A stretch of 36,839 bases of DNA from an uncultured Gammaproteobacteria bacterium (lineage in GTDB: Bacteria > Patescibacteriota > Patescibacteriia > Patescibacteriales > JAKAJF01). Under the pieces are notes generated by a model. That model had not been told where the DNA came from and ran no database searches. It saw nothing but the letters and a program-made list of their open reading frames with translations. How positions within the stretch are numbered: position 1 is the first letter of the stretch; each line of letters begins with the position of its first letter. Below are positions 14,584 through 23,174 of the stretch, piece by piece. The position numbers were made by a program, and so were the translations under genes. The DNA is taken from contig CAZZBC010000002.1 in assembly GCA_964652175.1 (NCBI GenBank), positions 1 through 36,839 on the forward strand, in the 5' to 3' direction.

Positions 14584-16989
14584 ATGTTGAAGGAAAAACT
14601 AATCAAAATCTGCGGCCATATCATAGAGGCGAACATCTTGGCGATTATCTTCCTCGTTCCTGTTTATTTTTCTTTTTTAAAAGAAACCTACAACACCTTT
14701 GAACTTAATAAATTAGTTGTTTTCAGGGTTTTGCTCGCGTTGGCGATTGTTTTTTATGCGGCTAAGATATTTTTGGAAGGAAAAATAAATTATTTTGCCA
14801 AACCAAAATTTTTTTTGCTCGCGGTTTTAATAATCGCCGCTTTTGCCGCTTCAACCGTTCTTTCCATTCATCCCCAGTTGAGCCTATGGGGAAATTACGA
14901 ACGCCAACAGGGATTTTACAGTTTGATAAATTATTTATTATTTTTTATTTTACTCCTTTTTCATTTAAGAAGTTGGCAACAGGCGAGGAGAATTATCGCC
15001 ACAATAATATCCGCTTCGGCGTTGGTGTGTTTTTACGGTTTTTTGCAACATTTTAACATTGATTCGTTAAGCTGGAAGGAAGCCGCGCTTTACACCGGCC
15101 GTATTTTTTCCACGCTCGGCCAGCCGAATTTTTTGGGGCAATATTTAATAATGGTTTTGCCGTTGACGGTTTTCGCGGCCATTTTTATATTCAAAAGATT
15201 AATCAGCCGTTTTTTAGCCATTATTTTAATCGCCGCCCAGCTTGCCTGCCTTATCTTCACTTACAGCCGCGCCGCCTGGCTAGCGGTCTTGGCTTCACTC
15301 CTGACATTTATCCTTACTTATCTTTACGTGAAGAATTATAAAAGACTGTTGGCGGGTTTTCTCGCGTTTTGTTTTGTGGCGGGGAGTTTAATTATAATTT
15401 TAAATATTTCCCCCAAGCAAAATCCGAATGAAACCGTTAATATTTTTAGCAGGGCCAAAAGCATTTTTGATTTAAAAAGCGGTTCAAATAAAATACGTTT
15501 TTTTTATTGGCAGTCGGCGTGGAGCGAATTAAAAAGCGCGTCTTGGCAAAGAAAAATGTTCGGCTACGGCGGAGAGACCGAAGCGTCTATTTTTGTCAAG
15601 TATTACCGGCCGGAATGGGGCGTGTATGAAACCATCAATTCTTTTCCGGACCGGGCGCATAATGTTATTTTTGATATGCTTTTGCAGTTTGGTTTAGTTG
15701 GACTGACGGCAGTTGGTTTATTTTATTTTTTTATTATCAGAGAGGCGGTTAAATTTATTAGATTGTCCGAAAAATTTTTTCCCGTCATTCCCGCGAAAGC
15801 GGGAATTCAGAATTCTTCTGACATATCACCATCCTGGATCCCCGAGTCAAGCCCGAGGATGACAGAGGATGAGCCCGGAATGACAGAAAAATATTGGCTC
15901 CTCATTTTTCTCCTCGCCTCGCTCGCCGGCTATTTTGTCAATAATTTATTCAGCTTTTCTTTGACGGTCGGCTATGTTTATGTATTTGTTATTTTAGCGA
16001 TGGCATTGTTTATTGTTAACGGGGAAATTAAAAGAAAGGTGAACTTAAACAGGCTAAGTTATATCTCGCGCTTGCTTATTTGGCTGGCTTTGGCGGGTGC
16101 GAGCGGAGTGTTTGTTTATTATTATAATATTTTGCCGTTTGCCGCGGACTATTATTACATGAGAGCGAAAAAGGCGGAAGCGGCCGATTGCCGGCGGGTT
16201 TTAGATTATATTGACAAAGCCATAAACTTGAATTCGGTGAGCGATATTTACAAGAAGCGTTATATTTATCACGGCCTGAATTGTTTTTCCGCCGTTGGTT
16301 CAAAAGAAGATCAAAACGCTTTATACGGCAACATAATCTCCCGCGCCAATTCCATCGGCTGGCGCGAATACGAATTTGCCACTCTAATCAATATGGCGCA
16401 CGCCAAATCGCTTTTCGCTTTTTACATCAACCCCGTCTTTTACGCGGCGGCGGAGAAAGATTACGCCCGCATCATCGGCATTAACCCCTGGCTTACGGTC
16501 GGCTACCGCGACTTGGCGCGCCTACAGCTTTGGCAAGGGGATTATGACGGAGCCATCGCCAACCTTAAAAAAGCCATTGAAATTGTTCCGCCGCTTGACC
16601 ATCCTTATCTTAACAGCGACCATCGTGATGAAATTAAAAAAGAGCTTGTCAATCTATACGAATCGTTGGGGTTTTCTTACGCCCACAAAGAAGAATGGCA
16701 AACGGCGTTGAGTTATTACCATGAAGTTTTAAGGATTGATCCGCGTTATTTGCCGCTTTACAAAAGTGTTGCCGACGTTTATTACAGCCAAAGAGATTTT
16801 GACAAGGCGATTTGGTATAATAAAAGGGGAGCGGCGTTTAATCCCGCCGACTATAAATGGCCGCTGGCCATCGCCATACTTTACAAGGAAAGGGGCGATA
16901 AGGAAGCGGCCGTGGAATACGCCGCCAGCGCCTTGGTTTTGGCGCCGGAAAATAAACAAATTAAAGATTTTATCACTCAAATAAAATGA
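14584..16989 (+). CDS. O-antigen ligase/Wzy_C-family polytopic membrane protein fused to C-terminal TPR repeats
   Basis: About 12 TM spans. It carries the YSRAAWLA and DRAHNVIFDMLLQFGLVGL motifs typical of Wzy_C (WaaL/PilO/PglL-type) enzymes. The C-terminal 250 aa are TPR-like. Confidence 0.8.
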   Translation: MLKEKLIKICGHIIEANILAIIFLVPVYFSFLKETYNTFELNKLVVFRVLLALAIVFYAAKIFLEGKINYFAKPKFFLLAVLIIAAFAASTVLSIHPQLSLWGNYERQQGFYSLINYLLFFILLLFHLRSWQQARRIIATIISASALVCFYGFLQHFNIDSLSWKEAALYTGRIFSTLGQPNFLGQYLIMVLPLTVFAAIFIFKRLISRFLAIILIAAQLACLIFTYSRAAWLAVLASLLTFILTYLYVKNYKRLLAGFLAFCFVAGSLIIILNISPKQNPNETVNIFSRAKSIFDLKSGSNKIRFFYWQSAWSELKSASWQRKMFGYGGETEASIFVKYYRPEWGVYETINSFPDRAHNVIFDMLLQFGLVGLTAVGLFYFFIIREAVKFIRLSEKFFPVIPAKAGIQNSSDISPSWIPESSPRMTEDEPGMTEKYWLLIFLLASLAGYFVNNLFSFSLTVGYVYVFVILAMALFIVNGEIKRKVNLNRLSYISRLLIWLALAGASGVFVYYYNILPFAADYYYMRAKKAEAADCRRVLDYIDKAINLNSVSDIYKKRYIYHGLNCFSAVGSKEDQNALYGNIISRANSIGWREYEFATLINMAHAKSLFAFYINPVFYAAAEKDYARIIGINPWLTVGYRDLARLQLWQGDYDGAIANLKKAIEIVPPLDHPYLNSDHRDEIKKELVNLYESLGFSYAHKEEWQTALSYYHEVLRIDPRYLPLYKSVADVYYSQRDFDKAIWYNKRGAAFNPADYKWPLAIAILYKERGDKEAAVEYAASALVLAPENKQIKDFITQIK
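15784..15886. mobile_element. Palindromic element pair in frame inside the Wzy_C gene
   Basis: GTCATTCCCGCGAAAGCGGGAATTCAGAAT ... CTGGATCCCCGAGTCAAGCCCGAGGATGACAG is translated VIPAKAGIQNSSDISPSWIPESSPRMTEDEPGMT. It is near-identical to 33126-33180 in gatA. Confidence 0.8.
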
Positions 16990-17954
16990 ATAAATCCAGT
17001 TTGATTTTATTTTTTATTTTTCTCTTCGGCCTTATTATCGGCTCGTTTTTAAACGCGCTTATTTGGCGGTTGCGGGAGGAAATCCCCCTTGCCCCCTTTA
17101 AGCAAAGGGGGCAAGCGAACAAGTCCTCCTTGCATAAGGGGGATAAAGGGGGTTTAAGCGGGTTATTATTCGGCCGATCATATTGCCCGAAATGCCGCGC
17201 GCAGATTAAGTGGTACGACAATATTCCGCTTTTAAGTTTTATTATTTTGCGCGGCAAATGCCGGAGTTGCGGCCAGACGATTTCCTGGCAGTACCCTTTA
17301 GTAGAATTATTGGCGGGTATATTATTTGTGGCGGCTTTTTTTATTAAAGCGCAAAAATTATTCGTAAGCGATTATGAATTTTTAATTTTTAATTTTAAAT
17401 TTTTAATTGAGGTAGTTCGTGATTGGTTTTTAATTGCCGCGATGATTGTAATTTTTGTTTATGACCTTAGGTGGTATTTAATTTTGGACATTGTCACCTT
17501 GCCCTCGGCGGCCATTTTACTTGTTTTAAATTTAACACCGGTTGTTTTAAGTTGCCCGTCATGCTTTGATTGGCTTTCTTGGCCGACTTCTTTCCAGTGG
17601 CTGTGTTTTCAATGCGGCAACCAATTTCCCAATTTGTGGCTTTATCTCATTTCTGGTATAATAGGAGGTAGCTTTTTTCTTTTACAATTTATAATTTCGC
17701 GCGGCCGTTGGATCGGCGGGGGCGATATCCGGCTCGGGCTTTTAATAGGTCTGGCTTTGGGTTGGCCGGGCGTTTTAATGGCCATATTCTTGGCTTATTT
17801 CATGGGTTCAATCGTCGGTTTGGGTTTAATCGCCGCCGGCAAAAAGCGCTGGGGTTCGGCCGTTCCCTTCGGCGTATTTTTGTCCACAGCCACTATCATT
17901 GTTTTGTTTTTTGGAGAAGAGATTGTGAAGTGGTATTTTGGACTCTTTAATTAA
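16986..17954 (+). CDS. pilD: Prepilin peptidase (A24 family) PilD
   Basis: N-terminal CPKC...CRSC zinc motif and catalytic Asp motifs (VYDLRW and GGGDIRLGLL). Its ATGA start/stop overlaps the upstream gene. Confidence 0.88.
   Translation: MNKSSLILFFIFLFGLIIGSFLNALIWRLREEIPLAPFKQRGQANKSSLHKGDKGGLSGLLFGRSYCPKCRAQIKWYDNIPLLSFIILRGKCRSCGQTISWQYPLVELLAGILFVAAFFIKAQKLFVSDYEFLIFNFKFLIEVVRDWFLIAAMIVIFVYDLRWYLILDIVTLPSAAILLVLNLTPVVLSCPSCFDWLSWPTSFQWLCFQCGNQFPNLWLYLISGIIGGSFFLLQFIISRGRWIGGGDIRLGLLIGLALGWPGVLMAIFLAYFMGSIVGLGLIAAGKKRWGSAVPFGVFLSTATIIVLFFGEEIVKWYFGLFN
17079..17158. mobile_element. C-tract/G-tract hairpin modules A+B in frame inside pilD
   Basis: GAAATCCCCCTTGCCCCCTTTAAGCAAAGGGGGCAAG...TCCTCCTTGCATAAGGGGGATAAAGGGGGTTTAAGC matches the intergenic modules at 764-853. 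It is translated EIPLAPFKQRGQANKSSLHKGDKGGLS. Confidence 0.8.
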
Positions 17955-17991
17955 CTAGAAATTAGAATTTAGAAATTAGAAATTTAATTCC

Positions 17992-18387
17992 ATGTCTCCC
18001 AAAATCGCCATTTTTATTCTTTTAATCGCCGTTTTTGTTATGGCGGGGATTTTCGCCGTTTTTTATCTTAAGCAAAAAGAAATAAGCGATACTTTTGAAG
18101 TTCAAAAAGTTGATAATCAAACCGGCGCCGGACCGAAAGAATTAAGCCCGGAAGAAAAAAGGGAGCAGTTGCTGGAGACTTTAAGCGATTTAAACAGTTC
18201 AGCCGCCACATCTTCGCCGGAGTTAAGCCCGGAAGAAAAAAGGGAGCAGTTGCTGGCGAACCTAAATGATTTAAATACCGCCACCGCCTCTACCGGAACG
18301 CCGATAAAAAAAGATTCGGCTCCGGTTGAGCAAGAAAAAGAAAGGCAGAAATTACTGGATACTTTAAAATCTTTAAATACTCAATAA
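17992..18387 (+). CDS. Signal-anchored protein with 27-aa tandem repeats
   Basis: N-terminal TM span. ELSPEEKREQLL(E/A)(T/N)L(S/N)DLN occurs twice, with a degenerate third copy (EKERQKLLDTLKSLN). Confidence 0.55.
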   Translation: MSPKIAIFILLIAVFVMAGIFAVFYLKQKEISDTFEVQKVDNQTGAGPKELSPEEKREQLLETLSDLNSSAATSSPELSPEEKREQLLANLNDLNTATASTGTPIKKDSAPVEQEKERQKLLDTLKSLNTQ

Positions 18388-18397
18388 CCACAACTAT

Positions 18398-20155
18398 ATG
18401 CCCAATATGCCTAAAAAATTAAATCCCGCTCCTTTTTTCTATTTTTTCTTAACGGTTTTCCTTGCCCTCGGCCTCTCCATTTCTTTGCAATCCCTTTTGG
18501 CGGCCTGGACAAATCCGACGCAAACGCCGCCCGGCGGCAATCTTGACGAGCCGGTTAATGTAAGTACGACTGATCAGGCGAAATTGGGCGGGCTGGGGAT
18601 AGGAGGAAACTTCACGGTTAACGGCGCGTCTTCTTTTACCGGCAACGTCGGTATCGGGACGGCGAGTCCAGGAGCGAAATTGGATGTAGCGCAGGCAACG
18701 AATGGTCAGAATGGGGCGATAGTTCGCATGCCGCTCGGATCCGAAGCGACGGCGTCAGGCATTAAAGTTTATGGCTATTCTCCCGCCGTTGAGCTGTTGG
18801 ACAAGGATTCGATTATGAACTGGCACATCGGTATTGACGATAATGACGATAACAAGTTTTTAATCGGTCGTGGATATGGTCCTGGTCAAGGAGTTGTTCA
18901 AGCCATTACTATTGATACTTCGGACAACGTCGGCATCGGGACGACGGGACCGAGCTACAAACTTGATGTGCAGGGCGGAGACATTAATGCTTCCGGCGTT
19001 TATCGCAAGGGTGGAACAAGCGGAACATCTTTAAGTTGCAGTTCAGGGCAAGTTATTAAAACGGCAACAGTTTCCGGCGGAATTGTTACTGCCGGCTCAT
19101 GCACCGCCGACGACACCGGCGGAAGCGTTGGTGGTTCCGGCAATGGCAATTATCTTGCAAAATGGACAACCGGCACTTCATTGGAAAGTTCATTAATTTA
19201 TGATAACGGCACCAACATTGGCATCAATACGGCAACCCCGGTTAGAGCCCTGGATGTTGTTAGTAAGAGCACTGATATTAATTATTCAACCGCGACTTTT
19301 TCCAATGACAGAAGCGGAGGGTACGGCGTTGCCATTGGTTCTCGTTATAACGAATTATGGGGCCGTATTCAGGCCGTAAGTGGTCTTCCCGCGGGCCCGA
19401 CTATAAATGCAAATTTAGCGCTTAATCCCAATGGCGGCAACATCGGCATCGGGACGGATAGTCCGGCAATAAAATTGGCGATAGGCGACACGGATACCGG
19501 TTTGCAATGGATAAGCGACGGAAATTTGGCCATATATACAAATAGTGTAGAGCGAATGAGAATTGATAGCTCCGGCAATGTCGGCATCGGAATTAGTCCT
19601 TCTACTAAATTACATGTGAATGGCAGTATTAAATCTGAAGCTGGCATTAACGCAACAACTGCTTTATACGCCCCAGTATTTACCGATACCGACAATACGA
19701 GTTATTCTGTGGATCCGAACGGCACTTCAAAAACCAATTATTTTTATCGCTACGCCGGTTTTAATGGTGTTGAATATGACGCTAACAATGGCGCTTATTA
19801 TATTGATCCCAATAATAATTCCGTTTTTAACAATATTTACGCGACCGCTTATTATTACAACTCCGATGTCCATTTAAAGAATAGTATCAGCCCCATTTCC
19901 AGCCCGTTAGATAAAATTTTAAAACTGAACGGCCGGGAATTCATTTGGAAAGACAGCGGCAAAAAGGATGTCGGGCTTATCGCCCAGGAAGTGGAAAAAG
20001 TTTTTCCGGAATTGGTGTCAACCGACGAAAAAACGGGATTAAAATCGGTCCAGTACGGCAATTTGGTCGCGCCCCTGATTGAAGCGGTCAAGGAACAGCA
20101 GGCGGAGATAGAGGAGTTAAGGGTGGAAATAGGAGAACTTAAGGCGGAGCAATAA
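18398..20155 (+). CDS. Signal-anchored tail-fibre-like protein with C-terminal S74-type intramolecular chaperone/autoprotease domain
   Basis: N-terminal hydrophobic anchor and repeated NVGIGTxxPxxKLDV motifs. The C-terminus is N/SDVHLKNSISP...LNGREFIWKD...VGLIAQEVEKVFPELV...VQYGNLVAPLIEAVKEQQAEIEEL, the pattern of phage tail-spike/endosialidase chaperone domains. Confidence 0.75.
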   Translation: MPNMPKKLNPAPFFYFFLTVFLALGLSISLQSLLAAWTNPTQTPPGGNLDEPVNVSTTDQAKLGGLGIGGNFTVNGASSFTGNVGIGTASPGAKLDVAQATNGQNGAIVRMPLGSEATASGIKVYGYSPAVELLDKDSIMNWHIGIDDNDDNKFLIGRGYGPGQGVVQAITIDTSDNVGIGTTGPSYKLDVQGGDINASGVYRKGGTSGTSLSCSSGQVIKTATVSGGIVTAGSCTADDTGGSVGGSGNGNYLAKWTTGTSLESSLIYDNGTNIGINTATPVRALDVVSKSTDINYSTATFSNDRSGGYGVAIGSRYNELWGRIQAVSGLPAGPTINANLALNPNGGNIGIGTDSPAIKLAIGDTDTGLQWISDGNLAIYTNSVERMRIDSSGNVGIGISPSTKLHVNGSIKSEAGINATTALYAPVFTDTDNTSYSVDPNGTSKTNYFYRYAGFNGVEYDANNGAYYIDPNNNSVFNNIYATAYYYNSDVHLKNSISPISSPLDKILKLNGREFIWKDSGKKDVGLIAQEVEKVFPELVSTDEKTGLKSVQYGNLVAPLIEAVKEQQAEIEELRVEIGELKAEQ

Positions 20156-20204
20156 GAGATTCCCCCTAACCCCCTTTTAAAAAAGGGGGCGGATAAGAGA
20201 TAAA

Positions 20205-21191
20205 ATGATAAAGAAATTTAAAAATTTTTTATCAAGGCAATATTTTGCCGCCGATAAACGGTTTTTTACGGCTGGCTTGATTTTCATTTTTGTCTTGACG
20301 CTCGTTTTGGTAAATTACGTCGCCGCCATAAATACACAGTTGGAAGGGTATAAATCGTTGCCGAATTCAACAATGACCGTAAGTTCTCCCCGCGGCTCAA
20401 AAACAGTTAAAAATAACAGCGGCAACACCTATTTTATTCCCACCAAAACGGCGGCGGAATGGGACAGTTTTACCGGTAGCTATTCAGCCTTGAATGTTTT
20501 GGTTGATGTTTGTTACATAGGGTCCAATCCTTTTAATAACGGCGAGCAAGTTGATTCTTTTCAATATTCATCCGTAGGTTGCGCCGAGTCCTGTGATAAT
20601 TATAAGAAAACGCATACTTGCCAAGCGGACGGGACGTGGAGCAACGCTCCGGCCTATTCTTATGCCGATTGTAATCCCACTACTTGTTCCGGCGGACAAA
20701 ATTGTTGCAATAACGCTTGTTGTTCCTATGCTTGTTGTAATAGTTCTTGCTGTACGTCCGGACAGATTTGTCATACTACCACCGGCGCTTGTTGTTCTCA
20801 ATCTTGGTCGGCCTGGTCGGCTTGCGGCGGCTGCACTCCAACCTGCGACCAGTCATGTACTGGTTCGCAATCAAGGAGCGATGGCTGCGGATCAACTCAA
20901 ACACAATCTTGCACCATAGCGGCCACAGGATGCAGTTCTCCGGAAGTTTGTTATAATCATTCTTGCTGTACGCCGCAAACCTGCGCCTCTTTAAACAAAA
21001 ATTGCGGCGATTGGGCCGATGGTTGCGGTGGAACCGTAACCTGCACCGCAGGCGCTACAGATCATTCTGGCACTCTTTGCTCAACTTGCCCCCACGGTAT
21101 TATTAATACTTATTATTGTAAGAGGATTGAGGGCACTCAAGGTCCGGATTGTTATCAAAAATCTTGGTCCTTTACGGATTGCCATCCATAA
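20205..21191 (+). CDS. Secreted/anchored Cys-rich protein
   Basis: 328 aa with an N-terminal TM/signal. The C-terminal two-thirds are very rich in Cys, including CCNNACCSYACCNSSCC, a WSAWSAC tract and a CGDWADGCGGTVTC motif. Confidence 0.6.
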   Translation: MIKKFKNFLSRQYFAADKRFFTAGLIFIFVLTLVLVNYVAAINTQLEGYKSLPNSTMTVSSPRGSKTVKNNSGNTYFIPTKTAAEWDSFTGSYSALNVLVDVCYIGSNPFNNGEQVDSFQYSSVGCAESCDNYKKTHTCQADGTWSNAPAYSYADCNPTTCSGGQNCCNNACCSYACCNSSCCTSGQICHTTTGACCSQSWSAWSACGGCTPTCDQSCTGSQSRSDGCGSTQTQSCTIAATGCSSPEVCYNHSCCTPQTCASLNKNCGDWADGCGGTVTCTAGATDHSGTLCSTCPHGIINTYYCKRIEGTQGPDCYQKSWSFTDCHP

Positions 21192-21244
21192 TTTTTATTC
21201 ATGTATAGTTGACTAAATTTATAATTTATAATAATGTATAATTA

Positions 21245-22525
21245 ATGAAAATAGAAAAAGAACAAATAATAAAAGTTATAGATTTCTGGCAAAAAGCCGC
21301 GAAAAAAGATTATTTGCGGGAAAGGGAAATTTTAGAGGAAATAAATTTCAAAAGCAAAGAAATTATAGATTTGGTCGGTCCGAGGCGAAGCGGCAAATCC
21401 TCCATTTTAAAGCTTATTATAAAGCGCCTTAATTTGTCGAATGATTTTTTATACATAAATTTTGAGGACCCATTTTTTATAGAGAACAACAATCCGGCGA
21501 TCATAGAGGAGTTAATTTTAATATTTAAGGAATATTTTAATCCCCGGCTTTCACACATTTTTTTTGATGAAATGCAAGAAATCAAGCAATGGGAAAAAGC
21601 ATTAAGAAAATTAAGGGATGGCGGGGACTATAAAATTTTTATCACGGGCTCTTCGTCAAAATTATTAAGCGGCGAGATAGCCACTTTGATCACCGGCAGA
21701 CATTTGTCATACAAAATATTTCCTCTTTCTTTCCGGGAGTTTCTTTTATTTAAAGATATTAGAATTGAAGGCGGCAGAGACATAATTGTCAAAGAGAAGG
21801 CGTTAAACAAAAAATTTGACGAATATTTGAAGATGGGGGGATTTCCCGAAATTGTTTTGGAAAACAATATTGAACTTTTAAAAAATTATTTTTTTGACAT
21901 ACTGCAAAAAGATATTATGGCCCGCCACGAAATAAGGGATAAGAGTATTTTGGAAAAAATGGCCGTTTATCTTTTAAGCAACGCGGCGAAAACCGTTTCC
22001 CTGGAATCAATCAAAAAAACATACGGCATTTCATTCGCTTCGGCCTCCGTCTATTTAGAATATCTCAAAGAAGCGATGCTTATTTTTGACTTGCCGCAAT
22101 TTTCTTATTCTTTAAAAAAGCAGGCGAAAACGCTGAAAAAAATATACGCCGTTGATACCGGGCTTGCCAATAACGTTTCTTTCAGATTTTCGGAAGATCG
22201 CGGACGAATTTTGGAAAACGCTATTTTTTTGGAATTAAAAATAAAAGAACGCTGGAATGAATTGTATTATTATAAGACAAAAAATAATTTGGAGGTGGAT
22301 TTTTTAGTAAAAGAAAAATCAAAGCCAAAACAGTTAATACAGGCCGCCTGGACGCTGGCGGATAAGAAAACAAAAGAAAGAGAAATAAAATCCCTGCTCG
22401 CGGCGATGGACGAATTGAAGCTTAAAGAAGGGCTAATATTGACCCGCGACGAAGAAGCCGAAATTAAAACAAAAAACAAGATCATTGTTGTTAAACCAGT
22501 TTGGAAGTGGATATTGGAAAATTAG
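21245..22525 (+). CDS. AAA+ ATPase of the AAA_14/DUF4143 type
   Basis: Walker A GPRRSGKSS and Walker B-like IFFDEMQ, with the typical 400-430 aa architecture. The DNA is visibly more AT-rich than its flanks. Confidence 0.75.
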   Translation: MKIEKEQIIKVIDFWQKAAKKDYLREREILEEINFKSKEIIDLVGPRRSGKSSILKLIIKRLNLSNDFLYINFEDPFFIENNNPAIIEELILIFKEYFNPRLSHIFFDEMQEIKQWEKALRKLRDGGDYKIFITGSSSKLLSGEIATLITGRHLSYKIFPLSFREFLLFKDIRIEGGRDIIVKEKALNKKFDEYLKMGGFPEIVLENNIELLKNYFFDILQKDIMARHEIRDKSILEKMAVYLLSNAAKTVSLESIKKTYGISFASASVYLEYLKEAMLIFDLPQFSYSLKKQAKTLKKIYAVDTGLANNVSFRFSEDRGRILENAIFLELKIKERWNELYYYKTKNNLEVDFLVKEKSKPKQLIQAAWTLADKKTKEREIKSLLAAMDELKLKEGLILTRDEEAEIKTKNKIIVVKPVWKWILEN

Positions 22526-22555
22526 GGCTTATTTCAAAATAATTTTACAAAACTC

Positions 22556-23137
22556 ATGCCTAAAAAAATAATAATTTTGTGCGTTTTGGTTTCTTTGGCC
22601 GCGTTAATATTCAGTTTGGGAGTTTTTGCCGGCTTTAAAATAGGCGGCGACGAAATTAATGTTAGACAAAATACTTTTCAGGCCGGGTATGAGGCGGCAA
22701 AAAAAAGGTTGGCGGAAGGAGGATTTTTTCCAATAATGGGGCAGATTGAAGTCAAGACCGTTTCCGGAGAAGTAAAAGAAATCAGGGATGGTGAAATTGT
22801 TTTAAAAATCAGGCCGCTTGAGCCGCTGGCGGATTCGGAACTGGACGAAAGAATCGCGGAAGTAGGCGAGGAAACAAAAATTTACCAACTAACGCAAAAA
22901 GATCAAACCGTTTACCAGAAAGAAATGGAAGAATTTAACAAAAAATTGCAAGAGCAGGCGCAAGATGGCGTTTCCGTTCCCCCTGTTTCTTTTACGCCCC
23001 CCACGCCGTTTGACAAAAAGGAAATTAGCTTGTCGCTGATTAAAGCCGGCCGGCAAATTTCGATTTCTTCCCAAAACGACATAAAGAACGCCAAAAGATT
23101 CAAGGCAGCGGAAATTACAATTTCACCGGCTCTTTAA
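22556..23137 (+). CDS. Hypothetical signal-anchored protein
   Basis: 193-aa ORF with an N-terminal TM span (IIILCVLVSLAALIFSLGVFAGF). No family recognised. Confidence 0.45.
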   Translation: MPKKIIILCVLVSLAALIFSLGVFAGFKIGGDEINVRQNTFQAGYEAAKKRLAEGGFFPIMGQIEVKTVSGEVKEIRDGEIVLKIRPLEPLADSELDERIAEVGEETKIYQLTQKDQTVYQKEMEEFNKKLQEQAQDGVSVPPVSFTPPTPFDKKEISLSLIKAGRQISISSQNDIKNAKRFKAAEITISPAL

Positions 23138-23174
23138 GAGGAAGATATTTTAGCCACTCGGCCGCCGAAAAGCA

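Noticed and set aside
18581-18688. DGR template/variable repeat pair between the two fibre-like genes (28092-28199); the second has a lectin-like C-terminus typical of DGR targets.
   Set aside because: There is no reverse transcriptase in the window. The shared segment is N-terminal rather than at the C-terminal variable region. The mismatches are of all types, not adenine-specific.
21209-21242. Own promoter for the AAA ATPase (TTGACT at 21209 plus several TATAAT-like hexamers).
   Set aside because: None of the TATAAT-like hexamers lies at a 16-18-nt spacing from the TTGACT. The region is so AT-rich that such matches are expected by chance.
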